DNA from: Clostridia bacterium
GTDB taxonomy: Bacteria; Bacillota; Clostridia; Oscillospirales; Acutalibacteraceae
Direction: 5' to 3'
DNA: 64,000 bases
Assembly: GCA_017435665.1 (NCBI GenBank)
Contig: JAFSEP010000043.1
Location: 2,004-66,003, forward strand
Made by a program: the position numbers and the translations under genes. Below the pieces are notes generated by a model. That model was not told the origin of the DNA and made no database searches. It saw only the letters and a list, made by a program, of their open reading frames with translations. Shown here piece by piece: positions 27,925-38,950 of this stretch (its first letter is position 1; each line of letters begins with the position of its first letter).

Positions 27925-29877
27925 TTATGAATTTTCTTCCGTGTTTTCTGTGGGAATATCTGATACAGCTTCCTTTGCCTCAGGCAGCTGATTTGCTTCA
28001 GAGGGCACCTGAGCTTCGTTATTACCGGGAAGCTCCTTACCTTCCATAAGAGCCTTGAATACCTCACCGCTTGCTTTTTCGTTTTCCATAAGATAGCCTG
28101 CAACAAGGTGGAGCTTATCCATATTGCTGTTGAGGATAGCTTCACATCTTGCGTATGCATTTTTAATGATTTCGTTGATTTCAATATCGATATCGGCGGC
28201 AATCTTTTCGGAATAGTTACGCACGCTGCCGTAGGTTCTGCCAAGGAATACCTCGTCGTTCTGTGAGCCGAAGGCAATGGGACCGAGCTTTTCACTCATA
28301 CCGTACTTTGTAACCATTTTGCGTGAAATGTCACTTGCTCTTTCAATATCATTCGAAGCACCCGTTGAAATGTCTCCGAGAACAAGCGCCTCAGCCACAC
28401 GTCCCCCGAGAAGAACAACAAGGTCATCGAGCATTTCATTCTTGCTCTTATAGCTCTTATCCTCAGTGGGAATTGACATTGTATATCCCCCTGCCATTCC
28501 TCTTGGTATGATAGAAATCTCGTGAACGGCATCCTGAGTTTCAAGGTTATATGTGGCAATAGCGTGACCTGCCTCGTGGTACGCAGTAAGCTTCTTTTCC
28601 TTATCGCTGATTTTATGAGAACGCTTCTCGGTGCCTACAACAACCTTGATTGTTGCTTCTTCGATTTCGTTCATAGTGATAGCCTTCTTCTTTCTTCTTG
28701 CAGCAAGAAGTGCAGATTCATTAAGAAGGTTTTCAAGCTCTGCGCCCGTAAAGCCTGCTGTTGACTTCGCAATAACGTCAAGGTCAACATCGGGAGCAAA
28801 GGGCTTACCCTTTGCGTGAACGTCAAGGATTTCACGTCTGCCCTTCATATCCGGATAATTAACAGTTATCTGTCTGTCAAAGCGTCCCGGTCTGAGCAAT
28901 GCGGGGTCAAGTATATCGGGACGGTTTGTTGCGGCGATTATAATAACGCCCTCGTTTACACCGAAACCGTCCATTTCAACAAGCAGCTGGTTGAGAGTCT
29001 GCTCTCTTTCGTCGTGACCGCCGCCCATACCTGCGCCACGGTGACGTCCGACTGCATCAATTTCATCAATAAATACGATTGAAGGAGAATTCTTCTTTGC
29101 CTGCTGGAAAAGGTCACGGACACGTGATGCACCGACACCCACATACATTTCAACGAAGTCAGAGCCTGAAATCGAGAAGAAGGGAACGTCTGCCTCTCCT
29201 GCAACGGCTCTTGCAAGCAAGGTTTTACCCGTACCCGGAGGGCCCACGAGTAATACACCCTTGGGTATTCTTGCGCCGAGCTCGCTGAAGGCGGCGGGAT
29301 TTTTCAGGAATTCAACTATTTCGCTGAGTTCCTCCTTTTCCTCGTCTGCACCTGCAACCTGATCAAAGGTGGTTTTTTTCTTCTGATCCTTGGACATCTT
29401 TACCTTTGCCTTGCCGAACATCATAGTCTGATTGAGATCGTTCTGTGCAGACTGGGTAGTCTTTCTCATAAGGAAGAACATCAGAAGACCGAAAAGCAAC
29501 GTGGTTACTGCAAGAGGCAGTATGTTTGACCACATTGAGTAGGACGAGCCGGCAATATAGTTATATGAAATCCGGTCATCAGGATTGTTTCTGTTATGTT
29601 CAACCACATTCTCGTGTATATCCTGAATGAAGATGCTTACACTGGGAACGGTATACTTATAAACAGTTTCATCGCCGTCAACCGTATATTTAAGCGAGCC
29701 TGAGCTTATGTTCAGGTCGTAAGATGCGATTTTCCCGTCATCAAACATCTGAACAATTTCATAATACTTCAGATCCTTTGATTTTGTCTGTGATGACGAA
29801 AGGTATGAAATAGCAATTATCATCACTACCGGTATTATCAGGTAAGGCAATATTGCTTTTAATTTCTGATTTTTCAA
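27925..29877 (-). CDS. ftsH: ATP-dependent zinc metalloprotease FtsH
   Basis: [18 protein letters not shown] Walker A, SRH region, HEAGHAI zinc site, two N-terminal TMs. Confidence 0.95.
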   Translation of the reverse strand: MKNQKLKAILPYLIIPVVMIIAISYLSSSQTKSKDLKYYEIVQMFDDGKIASYDLNISSGSLKYTVDGDETVYKYTVPSVSIFIQDIHENVVEHNRNNPDDRISYNYIAGSSYSMWSNILPLAVTTLLFGLLMFFLMRKTTQSAQNDLNQTMMFGKAKVKMSKDQKKKTTFDQVAGADEEKEELSEIVEFLKNPAAFSELGARIPKGVLLVGPPGTGKTLLARAVAGEADVPFFSISGSDFVEMYVGVGASRVRDLFQQAKKNSPSIVFIDEIDAVGRHRGAGMGGGHDEREQTLNQLLVEMDGFGVNEGVIIIAATNRPDILDPALLRPGRFDRQITVNYPDMKGRREILDVHAKGKPFAPDVDLDVIAKSTAGFTGAELENLLNESALLAARRKKKAITMNEIEEATIKVVVGTEKRSHKISDKEKKLTAYHEAGHAIATYNLETQDAVHEISIIPRGMAGGYTMSIPTEDKSYKSKNEMLDDLVVLLGGRVAEALVLGDISTGASNDIERASDISRKMVTKYGMSEKLGPIAFGSQNDEVFLGRTYGSVRNYSEKIAADIDIEINEIIKNAYARCEAILNSNMDKLHLVAGYLMENEKASGEVFKALMEGKELPGNNEAQVPSEANQLPEAKEAVSDIPTENTEENS

Positions 29878-29908
29878 ATTTGTTTCACTCCCGATTTAAT
29901 CTTTATTT

Positions 29909-30448
29909 TCATTTTTCATATACGTGCGGAGACAAAATGCCGATAAATGGCAAATTACGGTATTTCTCATCATAATCAAGACCGTAGCCCACAACGAATT
30001 CATCAGGCACAACAGCACCCACATAATCAGGCACTATATCAGCCTCTCTTCTTTCAGGCTTATCAAGCAAGGTGCAGATGCGTATGCTCTTGGGGTTTCT
30101 CAAGCTTAACACACTGCGAAGATTATACAGAGTCTTACCGCTGTCAAGGATATCCTCAACAAGAAGAAGATCATAGCCTGAAAGATTGATATCAAGATCC
30201 TTCTTGATTTTAACAATACCCGATGACTCTGTTCCCGAGCCGTAGCTTGATACTGCCATAAAGTCAATACGGCACGGAATTGTTATGCTTCTCATAAGAT
30301 CTGCCATAAACATTACCGAGCCTTTGAGAACACTGACAAGAAGTAAATTCTTATCCTTATAGTCCTCACTTATCTGCTTTCCCAGATTGTTACAGATTTC
30401 CTTTAAGGTTTCTTCGTCGTAAAGTACACTTTTAATATCGTTTAACAT
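29909..30448 (-). CDS. hpt: Hypoxanthine phosphoribosyltransferase
   Basis: LLVEDILDSGKTL PRPP-binding motif. tilS-hpt-ftsH synteny. Confidence 0.9.
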   Translation of the reverse strand: MLNDIKSVLYDEETLKEICNNLGKQISEDYKDKNLLLVSVLKGSVMFMADLMRSITIPCRIDFMAVSSYGSGTESSGIVKIKKDLDINLSGYDLLLVEDILDSGKTLYNLRSVLSLRNPKSIRICTLLDKPERREADIVPDYVGAVVPDEFVVGYGLDYDEKYRNLPFIGILSPHVYEK

Positions 30449-30449
30449 T

Positions 30450-31790
30450 TTATCCTCCGATTATTTTAAGTACCCTTTTGGTTTTATTGTCAACTGAACA
30501 AGCCTTATTATAACCTTCTCCCCACACCCAGAGCACCTTTTCATCGTCAGCAATAACAGGGATGAGATCTCTTTCCTGTGCAGGTATTCTTTTTTCGGTA
30601 AAAAGCTTCTTCAGAGATTTGGTTACGTTTCTTGAAGGCAATGTTATCTTGTCCCCTTCTGCTCTGGAACGGATTATAACATTACCGCATATTTTATCAT
30701 AGTCAATATATGATTCCAATATGTTAGCCTCTGAAAATTTATTAAAATTGATATTTTCAACAGTTTCGCACATTAAAGTTATCTTTCCCAAGGGAGTTTC
30801 ATTTACCCCCATTTCAGCGCATATTGACCATTTCTTATTTTCAGGAGAGCTTTTTTTCTTTTCTGCAAAAAGCTTTCCCCGGGCTGAAACAATGTAAAAA
30901 TCCTCATTTATCTGCACGGCTCCGTTTTTTTCAAGGAGAGCGTAAATAAGGTTAATATGCCTGTTTTCGGGTGAAACACCTGTTTGGGTATTGATATATC
31001 TGTAAATAACTCTTGATTTAACGGAATTATGCAGTTCATTGAGTCTTTTTATATCAAGACCGTTTTCAACCGCAAGTCCGTCATAAACCTCATCCGTAAG
31101 GCTGTCAATGAACCCGCAATCGTCGCTGACGGCTTTTCTGCACCTTTCGAGCGCCGAAGCATAGGACGGGTTAATACGTGAAAACATCGGCATAATTTCG
31201 TTTCTGATATAGTTTCTCGAATAATCGCTTTCAAGATTTGTGCTGTCAGTAATATAAGGCACCGAGTTGAGACTGCAATATTCCTCAATTTCCTGTCTTG
31301 TGCAGGAAATCAACGGCCTGATAATATTGCCACGCTTAGGAGGAATTCCGCAAAGTCCTGCAGCAGATGAGCCTCTGAGCATATTAAACAGCATAGTCTC
31401 AAGACTGTCGGAAAGTGTGTGCGCCGTTGCAATAACGCCGTCAGCGCATACCTTAGCGAAGCACTCATATCTTATGCGTCTGCCGCATTCTTCCTCGCTT
31501 TCTCCCGTAAGCCTTGCAATTTCGGGAACATTCTCAGAAAAAATGGCAAGTTCAATGCCCTTTTCCCGACAGTAATCCCTGACAAAATTCTCATCCCTGA
31601 GTGCTTCCTCGCCTCTTATACCGTGATTGATATGTACAGCCGAAACTGTTATACCGATTTCATCCTTCAGGGTCAGCAGAATATTGAGCAAGGACATAGA
31701 GTCGGCTCCGCCGGAAACTCCGACAGTTACCCTGTCTCCTGCCTTCAGCATAGAATATTCCCTGATACACCCTCTGACCTTATCTATCAT
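30450..31790 (-). CDS. tilS: tRNA(Ile)-lysidine synthase
   Basis: PP-loop VGVSGGADSMSL. I chose the start at 31790 (MIDKVRG), which gives an ATGA overlap with the dnaB stop. The track ORF extends to 31835. Confidence 0.85.
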   Translation of the reverse strand: MIDKVRGCIREYSMLKAGDRVTVGVSGGADSMSLLNILLTLKDEIGITVSAVHINHGIRGEEALRDENFVRDYCREKGIELAIFSENVPEIARLTGESEEECGRRIRYECFAKVCADGVIATAHTLSDSLETMLFNMLRGSSAAGLCGIPPKRGNIIRPLISCTRQEIEEYCSLNSVPYITDSTNLESDYSRNYIRNEIMPMFSRINPSYASALERCRKAVSDDCGFIDSLTDEVYDGLAVENGLDIKRLNELHNSVKSRVIYRYINTQTGVSPENRHINLIYALLEKNGAVQINEDFYIVSARGKLFAEKKKSSPENKKWSICAEMGVNETPLGKITLMCETVENINFNKFSEANILESYIDYDKICGNVIIRSRAEGDKITLPSRNVTKSLKKLFTEKRIPAQERDLIPVIADDEKVLWVWGEGYNKACSVDNKTKRVLKIIGG

Positions 31791-33178
31791 CTGAATTTCT
31801 CCAAATTGCCGAACATTGTATAATCGGGATTCCACGAAAGCTCAACGTCTGCGGTCATACCGTGTCTGTTCTTCGCAACGATGACCTGAGCAATATTGAC
31901 CTTGCTTGCTTCTTCCTCGGATTCATTGTTGTTATCATCCTTATCGTCTGTGTAATACTCCTGACGGTAAAGCATAAGAACAATGTCTGCGTCCTGCTCA
32001 ATAGAACCGGATTCACGCAGGTCGGCAAGCTGAGGTCGGTGTGACTTTCCTCTTGCTTCCGTTGAACGTGAAAGCTGAGCAAGAGTGATAACCGGAATTC
32101 CCAAATCCTTTGCCATAAGCTTGAGGCTTCTTGTGATTTCGGAAACCTCCTGAACACGGCTTTCCGTTCTTCCTGTTCCTCTCATAAGCTGAAGATAGTC
32201 GATAACAACAAGGTCTACATCCTTGAGTCTGCGAATTCTTGCTTTCATTTCAGGAACGGTGATAAGCGACGTATCGTCAAGATAGAGCTTGCAGGAGCTC
32301 AGCGACGACGTTGCCGCCGCAAGTCGCTTCCATTCCTCGTCGTGTATCTCACCGGTTCTCATTTTGAAGCTCTCAACCCTTGCTTCCATCGAAAGAATAC
32401 GCTGAGCAAGCTGCTCCTTGGTCATTTCAAGAGAGAAGAATAACACCTTTTTACCTGCCATAACGGCTGCGTTTCTTGCTATATTCAAAGCAAAGCTGGT
32501 TTTACCCATAGCAGGACGGGCGCCGACAATAATAAGGTCAGCCTTGTTAAGACCTGTTGTAACCTTATCAAGATCCGTAAAGCCTGTTGTAAAGCCCTTA
32601 TACATATCAGCATCCTCAGAGCTGAGCTTCTTCAGCTTATCATAAACCTCACCGACGATAATATCGCTGAGAAGTGAAGGTCCCGTTGTAACCTTACCCT
32701 GACGGATATTATAAATCTTCTGCTCTGCGGAATCGAGGAGCGTATCAGCACTTTCCGAGGTGTTGGTCGCATCGTCCATTATCTCACGGCTTGTGTTGAT
32801 AAGAGTCCTGATATAGAACTTTTCCCTTACTATCTTTGCATAGCTTTCAATGTTTTCCGTAGAGGGAACAACCTGAGAAAGCTGAAAAAGATAGTTCTTT
32901 CCGCCTGCATCGTCATATATCTGCTCTTTTTTCAGAGCCTCAAGAACAATAAGAGGGTCTATTTTGCCGCCTGCAGCATCGATATTCTGCATTATTGAGA
33001 ATATGGATCTGTGCTGGGGTAAATAGAAATATTCACTTTTTACATATATTACTGCCTGATTTATGCAGGAGGGCTCCATAAGAATCGAGCCAAGAACCGC
33101 CTGCTCTGCTTCAAGGCTGTAAGGCAGATTTGTATCCTCAAATCCGTTATACATTCTTTCGGACGGCAAAGCTACCAC
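31787..33178 (-). CDS. dnaB: Replicative DNA helicase DnaB
   Basis: LPYSLEAEQAVLGSIL N-terminus, Walker A GARPAMGKTSFALN, DYLQLM. Confidence 0.9.
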   Translation of the reverse strand: MVALPSERMYNGFEDTNLPYSLEAEQAVLGSILMEPSCINQAVIYVKSEYFYLPQHRSIFSIMQNIDAAGGKIDPLIVLEALKKEQIYDDAGGKNYLFQLSQVVPSTENIESYAKIVREKFYIRTLINTSREIMDDATNTSESADTLLDSAEQKIYNIRQGKVTTGPSLLSDIIVGEVYDKLKKLSSEDADMYKGFTTGFTDLDKVTTGLNKADLIIVGARPAMGKTSFALNIARNAAVMAGKKVLFFSLEMTKEQLAQRILSMEARVESFKMRTGEIHDEEWKRLAAATSSLSSCKLYLDDTSLITVPEMKARIRRLKDVDLVVIDYLQLMRGTGRTESRVQEVSEITRSLKLMAKDLGIPVITLAQLSRSTEARGKSHRPQLADLRESGSIEQDADIVLMLYRQEYYTDDKDDNNNESEEEASKVNIAQVIVAKNRHGMTADVELSWNPDYTMFGNLEKFR

Positions 33179-33218
33179 CTCTTTACTTCCGTTATTTTAA
33201 AAAGCTGTGCAAAAAAAA

Positions 33219-33659
33219 TTATTCGCCGACCATAACGTAAATCTTTGCACTGATTCCTGTGTAAAGCTTTACCTCAGCTTCATATGTTCCGAATGCCTTG
33301 ATATCCTCCATTGTGATTTTTCTCTTATCAACGGTGATATCAAATTCAGCCTTGAGCTTTTCGGAAACCTCCTTACTTGTAACCGAACCGAAAAGCTTGC
33401 CGTTCTGACCGGCTTTTGCAGTAAGCTTGAGAGTCTTGCCGTTAATTCTTCCGGCATTCTTCTGTGCTTCTGCAGTTTCTGTTGCAATTCTGAATTTTTC
33501 TGCGTTCTCTTTATTTTTAAGCTCGCTCATAGCCTGAGCATTTGCTTCAACTGCAAGATTCTTAGGGAAAAGGAAGTTTCTTGCATAGCCGTCTGACGCA
33601 TTAACCAGCTGACCCTTTTTTCCGAGACCCTTTACGTCTGCTTTTAAAATTACTTTCAT
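33219..33659 (-). CDS. rplI: 50S ribosomal protein L9
   Basis: [36 protein letters not shown]. Confidence 0.95.
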   Translation of the reverse strand: MKVILKADVKGLGKKGQLVNASDGYARNFLFPKNLAVEANAQAMSELKNKENAEKFRIATETAEAQKNAGRINGKTLKLTAKAGQNGKLFGSVTSKEVSEKLKAEFDITVDKRKITMEDIKAFGTYEAEVKLYTGISAKIYVMVGE

Positions 33660-33671
33660 TTCAGTTTCTCC

Positions 33672-35633
33672 TTATGTTTCATCAAAATATTTATCAATTT
33701 CTTCCTTGAGCATATCAACAACATCGTCAATATCTCCGCCGTCTATCTGCGCCGCCGCCATAGTATGATGACCGCCGCCACCGAATTTTTCCATAACAAC
33801 CTGAACATTCATCTCACCGAAGGAACGGGTTGAAATGTTTATCATACCGTCAAGCTCAAACAGAACAAAGGATGCCTTCACACCGTCTATATTAAGAAGC
33901 TCATCGGCTGCCTGAGACGTAATCAGGCGTATATCCTCGGTTATCATATCAGCAACGGATATTGCACAGCCCTTATAATTGAATGCGCTGTCAACAACCA
34001 TATTTCTGTGTTTAAACAGCTCCATATCATTACTGAACAGCTTTTTCACTTCAACCGTATCTGCTGCCCTGCTTCGCAGATAAGCTGCTGCCTGAAAGGT
34101 ACGGACACCTGTTCTGAGAATGAAGTTTCTGGTGTCAAGGACAATACCTGAAAGCAGTGCCTCTGCCGTAAGTGAGTCTATTATGGGGACATCATCAATA
34201 TACTGAGCTATTTCCGTTACCATTTCCGATGCGGAGGACGCATAGGATGCATGGAAAAACAGCACCGCATTTTCAATATGATTAACTGATTTTCTGTGAT
34301 GGTCAATTACTACCACACGTCCTGCCTTTTCAAGAAGCACGGGTGATTCCGTAAAGTCAGGCTTATGGGTATCAACTATAACGAGCAGAGTGTTCTCTGT
34401 AACCATATATCCGGCTTTGTCAACGGAAACAATAAAGTTCTCATTACCCGCCTCTTCGAACTTTTTGATAAGAGGCTTGGCAAGAGCCGTCTGCTTGTCC
34501 ACAACTATGTTAACGGGCTTTTTGAGATGTCTGACAATTTTCAAAACACCCATAGCTGAACCGAAGGCATCGAGGTCAGCATATCTGTGACCCATAATCA
34601 TGACATTTTCACAGTTAAGTATAAGCTCCTTGAAGGAGGTGGCAACAATTCTTGCTCTGACCTTATTTGAACGCTCGGCTCCTGCGGAAACACCGCCGAA
34701 GAAGGTGTAATCGGTTCCGTTTTTGATTGCTACCTGGTCACCGCCTCTGCCCTGCGCCATATCCATAGCTGCCTTTGCAGCCTCGTTGGAATCAATGAGC
34801 TCATCCTCCTTGCCGATACCTATTGACAAGGTTGCGTTGATTTTTTTATCGGCATAGCTCAGGTTTCTTACATATTCAAGAAGCCTGAACTTGTCCTCAA
34901 TCATAGCCTCAAGGTTCTTTTCCTCAGCAATAACAAGGAATTTGCCTGTTGACAGTCGGCGGCATACGCTATTGAATTTGTCTGCCCATTTGATTATAAT
35001 TTCTTCAATTCTGCCGAAAATCGCACCGCATTCGCCTTCCTTGAAGTTCTGTCTTATGTCATCAGGATTATCCACGTTAACAAGAATAATCGAGGGACGT
35101 GAGGCTCTGTATTTTTCTTTTATATCAACATTTTCCGTATCATCTATCATATAGATAATATAAAAAATATTCCCGTCTTTATCTTCCGATTTACTGTAAT
35201 AGCACACATACTGTCTGCCATCCTCTGTCCTTACCGTAAAATCCTCAGCTTCGAGCCAATCGCCATTCTCAACCCCCAATATGTGAGTAATATTGTTTGC
35301 TGCGGATTTTCCGCCCTCAAAGAAGCAAGCGGAAAACTCTTTATTGAACCAGATTATTTCACCGTAAGCATCAAAGGAAACACACGGAAACGGTACTGAA
35401 TCAAGGATCGAGCCGGTCTCTGTATCAAGCTCTCTTGCAATTTTTTTAATCCTTGATACTATATTTACATCCTCAACGTAGGTGTGAAGCACATATGCAA
35501 AGCAAACGGCAACAAGCATTAAAAGCTCGAATAATGCCAAAGGCTTATTGTAAAACCATGTTACCACGGAAAAGGCAAGAGCTATGGGCGTTGCAATAAA
35601 CGCAAACATATACTTCTGCCATATGCCTTTCAT
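33672..35633 (-). CDS. gdpP: GdpP-like DHH/DHHA1 phosphodiesterase (c-di-AMP PDE family)
   Basis: Two N-terminal TMs, central PAS/degenerate GGDEF-sized region, DHH motifs (HRYADLDAFGS, VIDHH), GGGH. gdpP-rplI-dnaB synteny. Confidence 0.8.
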   Translation of the reverse strand: MKGIWQKYMFAFIATPIALAFSVVTWFYNKPLALFELLMLVAVCFAYVLHTYVEDVNIVSRIKKIARELDTETGSILDSVPFPCVSFDAYGEIIWFNKEFSACFFEGGKSAANNITHILGVENGDWLEAEDFTVRTEDGRQYVCYYSKSEDKDGNIFYIIYMIDDTENVDIKEKYRASRPSIILVNVDNPDDIRQNFKEGECGAIFGRIEEIIIKWADKFNSVCRRLSTGKFLVIAEEKNLEAMIEDKFRLLEYVRNLSYADKKINATLSIGIGKEDELIDSNEAAKAAMDMAQGRGGDQVAIKNGTDYTFFGGVSAGAERSNKVRARIVATSFKELILNCENVMIMGHRYADLDAFGSAMGVLKIVRHLKKPVNIVVDKQTALAKPLIKKFEEAGNENFIVSVDKAGYMVTENTLLVIVDTHKPDFTESPVLLEKAGRVVVIDHHRKSVNHIENAVLFFHASYASSASEMVTEIAQYIDDVPIIDSLTAEALLSGIVLDTRNFILRTGVRTFQAAAYLRSRAADTVEVKKLFSNDMELFKHRNMVVDSAFNYKGCAISVADMITEDIRLITSQAADELLNIDGVKASFVLFELDGMINISTRSFGEMNVQVVMEKFGGGGHHTMAAAQIDGGDIDDVVDMLKEEIDKYFDET

Positions 35634-35636
35634 ATC

Positions 35637-37529
35637 TTACACCTCCATTATAATAGGCAGAATCATCGGACTTCTTCTGGTCTTTTCATACATCAGCCTT
35701 GAAACGTCATCACGGATTCTGTTTTTAATTGTGTTCCATTCTCTTATATTTTTATGCTGACATCTGAGAACAGACTCATATGCAATTCTTTTTGCATCCT
35801 CTATGAGATCTTCAGATTCTCTTACATATACAAATCCTCTTGAAACCACATCAGGTCCGCTGAGAAGCTCACCTGTTGCGGAATCAATGGTTGCAACAAT
35901 TATAATTATACCGTCATTCGACAGATGCTTTCTGTCTCTGAGAACGATTGAGCCTACATCGCCCACACCCGTACCGTCAACAAATACTCTGCCTGCAGGC
36001 ACATTTTCAAGTCTTTTCACGCTTTCTGCGGAAAGCTCAAACACTCCGCCGTTTTCGGCAATAACTATATTACTGCGGCTCATTCCCATATTCTCTGCAA
36101 GGGTTGCGTGCTTCTGCAGATGCTTATGCTCACCGTGAACGGGAATAAAATATCTGGGCTTCACGATGCCGAGCATCATTTTAAGCTCCTCCTGACAGGC
36201 GTGACCCGAAACGTGAACGTCATACATCTTTTCATAAACAACCTCAGCACCCAGCTTCATAAGCTCGTTAATAACATTGCTTACCATTTTTTCGTTTCCG
36301 GGTATGGGGTTAGCTGAAATAATTACATAATCATTCGGGGTAATGGATACCTTACGGTGATCGGAAAAAGCCATTCTCGTCAGAGCTGACATGGGTTCAC
36401 CCTGGCTTCCTGTTGTTATAAGAACTATCTGCTCGGGAGTATACTTATTGAGCATATCAATGCTGATAAGGATGTTCTCGGGAACTCTGAGATAGCCCAG
36501 CTCCGCACCGATTGCAACAACGTTTTCAAGGCTTCTTCCCGAAAGGGCTACCTTTCTTCCGAGGCTCTCGGCAACGTCGATAATCTGCTGAACACGGTGA
36601 ATATTTGATGCAAAGGTTGCAACAATTATTCTCCTCTGCCCTGCCTTGCGGAAGAGAAGCCCGAAGGATTCACCGACCTTTTTCTCGCTCACGGTAAATC
36701 CGGGACGCTCTGCGTTGGTTGAGTCGGAAAGCATTGCAAGAACACCTTCCTTGCCAAGCTGAGCAAATCTTGCAATATCTATCATTTCTCCGTCTATGGG
36801 TGTGCAGTCGATTTTGAAGTCTCCCGTCTGAACAATGACGCCTGCCGGTGACTTAATTGCAAGAGCAACCGCATCGGGAATTGAGTGATTAACGTGAATA
36901 AATTCAACATTGAACTTACCGAGTGTAATCTCGTCTCCCGGTTCAACGGTTCTGAGTATAACGTTTCCGAGCATCTTGTGCTCCCTGAGCTTACCTTCAA
37001 TAAGACCGATTGTAAGTCTTGTACCAAACACGGGAACATTTACTGTTTTAAGCAGATACGCCAGTGATCCTATATGATCCTCGTGACCGTGTGTGATTAC
37101 AACGCCTCTTATTTTTTCCGCATTCTTTTCAAGATATGAGAAATCGGGAATTACAAGGTCAACGCCGGGCATATCCTGATCGGGAAAAGCCAGTCCGCAA
37201 TCCACTATAAACATATCCTCGCCGTATTCATAAAGGGTTATGTTTTTACCTACCTCGTTTATACCGCCGAGAAATGCGATTTTTACTTTTTCATTTACCT
37301 TCTGCTTCTGTTTGTTTCCGTTTCTTCTTCCTCTGTTTTTCAAGCTCTGCTGTCTGCTGTTCTGTTTATTCTGTAACGCCTTGTTGTTAGGCTTATTTCT
37401 CTGATTTTTGTTCTGACCCGCAGTCTGCTTCTTGCTTTCGGGAGCCTGTTCTTTCTTGTTTTGCTTCATTTTCTTTTCCGGCTTAACATTCTTTTTCATC
37501 TTACCTGATGCCGGCTTTTTTTCTGCCAT
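35637..37529 (-). CDS. rnj: Ribonuclease J with Lys/Asn/Gln-rich N-terminal extension
   Basis: Metallo-beta-lactamase HGHEDHIG and a beta-CASP core. About 80 low-complexity basic residues precede the conserved KIAFLGG start. Confidence 0.9.
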   Translation of the reverse strand: MAEKKPASGKMKKNVKPEKKMKQNKKEQAPESKKQTAGQNKNQRNKPNNKALQNKQNSRQQSLKNRGRRNGNKQKQKVNEKVKIAFLGGINEVGKNITLYEYGEDMFIVDCGLAFPDQDMPGVDLVIPDFSYLEKNAEKIRGVVITHGHEDHIGSLAYLLKTVNVPVFGTRLTIGLIEGKLREHKMLGNVILRTVEPGDEITLGKFNVEFIHVNHSIPDAVALAIKSPAGVIVQTGDFKIDCTPIDGEMIDIARFAQLGKEGVLAMLSDSTNAERPGFTVSEKKVGESFGLLFRKAGQRRIIVATFASNIHRVQQIIDVAESLGRKVALSGRSLENVVAIGAELGYLRVPENILISIDMLNKYTPEQIVLITTGSQGEPMSALTRMAFSDHRKVSITPNDYVIISANPIPGNEKMVSNVINELMKLGAEVVYEKMYDVHVSGHACQEELKMMLGIVKPRYFIPVHGEHKHLQKHATLAENMGMSRSNIVIAENGGVFELSAESVKRLENVPAGRVFVDGTGVGDVGSIVLRDRKHLSNDGIIIIVATIDSATGELLSGPDVVSRGFVYVRESEDLIEDAKRIAYESVLRCQHKNIREWNTIKNRIRDDVSRLMYEKTRRSPMILPIIMEV

Positions 37530-37606
37530 TTATCAATCGCCTACCTTTACTGAAATACTTTATGTATGAAAAATGATTATAATAACTCATTCTATTGCAT
37601 TATGTA

Positions 37607-37635
37607 ATTCTACTATTTTTTCGGCTTTATGTCAA
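37607..37635 (-). promoter_or_regulatory. Candidate promoter of rnj
   Basis: Minus strand TTGACA (37630-37635), 17 nt, TAGAAT (37607-37612). Confidence 0.55.
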
Positions 37636-37716
37636 TACATAAACACAGTTTACTTGGGATATTACTCAGTTTCTCAGAATATTATGCACACTTGCCGACG
37701 TTTATAAACTTCACTC

Positions 37717-37745
37717 TTGTATCCCCTGTTTTTTTATGGTAGAAT
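37717..37745 (+). promoter_or_regulatory. Candidate promoter of rnhA
   Basis: TTGTAT (37717-37722), 17 nt with TGg, TAGAAT (37740-37745). Confidence 0.5.
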
Positions 37746-37766
37746 AGCAGCGTAATTCTATCTGAA

Positions 37767-38219
37767 ATGAGGAAAGACCTTTTGAAAACAGTTTATATGT
37801 ATACCGACGGTGCCTGCTCGGGAAATCCGGGCCCGGGTGGCTGGGGAACAATTCTGAAATATAAAAGCACGGAAAAAAGACTTTCGGGCGGAGAGAAAAA
37901 CACAACCAACAACCGTATGGAGCTTACGGCAGTGATTATGGGACTCAGAGCCCTAAAGGAAAGCTGCCACGTTATCCTTACCACCGATTCAAAATACGTC
38001 TCTGACGGCATAAGCAAGGGCTGGGCTGAATCCTGGAAGGAAAACGGTTGGAGGAAAAAGGATAAGAAGCCTGCGCTGAATCCCGATTTATGGGATGAGC
38101 TTCTCGCTCTTACCCATAAGCACCGTGTTGAAATAATATGGGTCAGAGGCCATGACGGACACCCCGAAAACGAGGAATGCGATAAAATGGCGGTAGCAGA
38201 AAGTCAGAAGTTCATATAA
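37767..38219 (+). CDS. rnhA: Ribonuclease HI
   Basis: YTDGACSGNPGPGGWG, TNNRMEL, GHDGHPENEECD. Exact start uncertain because there is no clear SD. Confidence 0.85.
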   Translation: MRKDLLKTVYMYTDGACSGNPGPGGWGTILKYKSTEKRLSGGEKNTTNNRMELTAVIMGLRALKESCHVILTTDSKYVSDGISKGWAESWKENGWRKKDKKPALNPDLWDELLALTHKHRVEIIWVRGHDGHPENEECDKMAVAESQKFI

Positions 38220-38226
38220 GACAAAA

Positions 38227-38266
38227 AGCTTGTCAGCAACCAAAGATTGTTGACAAGCTATTTTTA
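38227..38266. terminator. Bidirectional terminator between rnhA and the TRIC-family gene
   Basis: 13-bp stem agcttgtcagcaa/ttgttgacaagct (one G-U pair), followed by atttttatt. Confidence 0.75.
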
Positions 38267-38917
38267 TTCTTCATATAAATTTATACTCGGCATACTCCAT
38301 TTGAATATGGTAGCCAGCATTCGGAGAATAAATGTCAGCAGCATAGCCACCGTAATTGACCAGACCTCTCCCATACCGTTAACCATCATATAATAATATG
38401 TAACAGAGCCGAGAACCGATGCCGTAGCGTAAATATGCTTTTTAAAAATAAGAGGTACGCTAAGACTCATTATGTCACGGAATATTCCTCCGCCAACACC
38501 TGTTATTATTCCGAGAAAAATGCAGAACAAGGCGTTACCCGCATACCCCTCATCAAGACCGAAGCCGACACCCAGAACCGAGAAAAGTCCTAAGCCGATT
38601 GCATCGAATATATTGTCAATATGGTTAATCAGATTCAGGTTGATACTGAATTTCCCCTTGGCAATATATGCAATGATAAATACCGCAAGTGATGTCAGAA
38701 CGCATATTATCAGATATTCATAGCTGTAAAAAATTCTCGGAGGGAAATGACCTAAAAGAACATCCCTGATTATTCCGCCTGCCGAAGCAGTAGTAATTCC
38801 TATTGCAACAACGCCGAAAACATCCAGACGTCTTTGAATTGCCGTTATTGCTCCCGAAAGAGAAAAGGCAAAGCCGCCTAAAATTTCAATCACAAAGAGT
38901 ATCTGTTTAAACTCCAT
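38264..38917 (-). CDS. Trimeric intracellular cation channel (UPF0126/YadS) family membrane protein
   Basis: Two internal repeats with G-rich TM motifs (GGIIRDVLLG and GGGIFRDIM). Confidence 0.75.
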   Translation of the reverse strand: MEFKQILFVIEILGGFAFSLSGAITAIQRRLDVFGVVAIGITTASAGGIIRDVLLGHFPPRIFYSYEYLIICVLTSLAVFIIAYIAKGKFSINLNLINHIDNIFDAIGLGLFSVLGVGFGLDEGYAGNALFCIFLGIITGVGGGIFRDIMSLSVPLIFKKHIYATASVLGSVTYYYMMVNGMGEVWSITVAMLLTFILRMLATIFKWSMPSINLYEE

Positions 38918-38950
38918 AAATATCTCCTGTATTTTGTCAGTTTTTATCAG

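Noticed and set aside
30450-31835. Longer TilS ORF starting at 31835
   Set aside because: It would overlap dnaB by 49 nt with no RBS. The ATG at 31790 gives a classic ATGA stop/start overlap and a normal N-terminus before the PP-loop.
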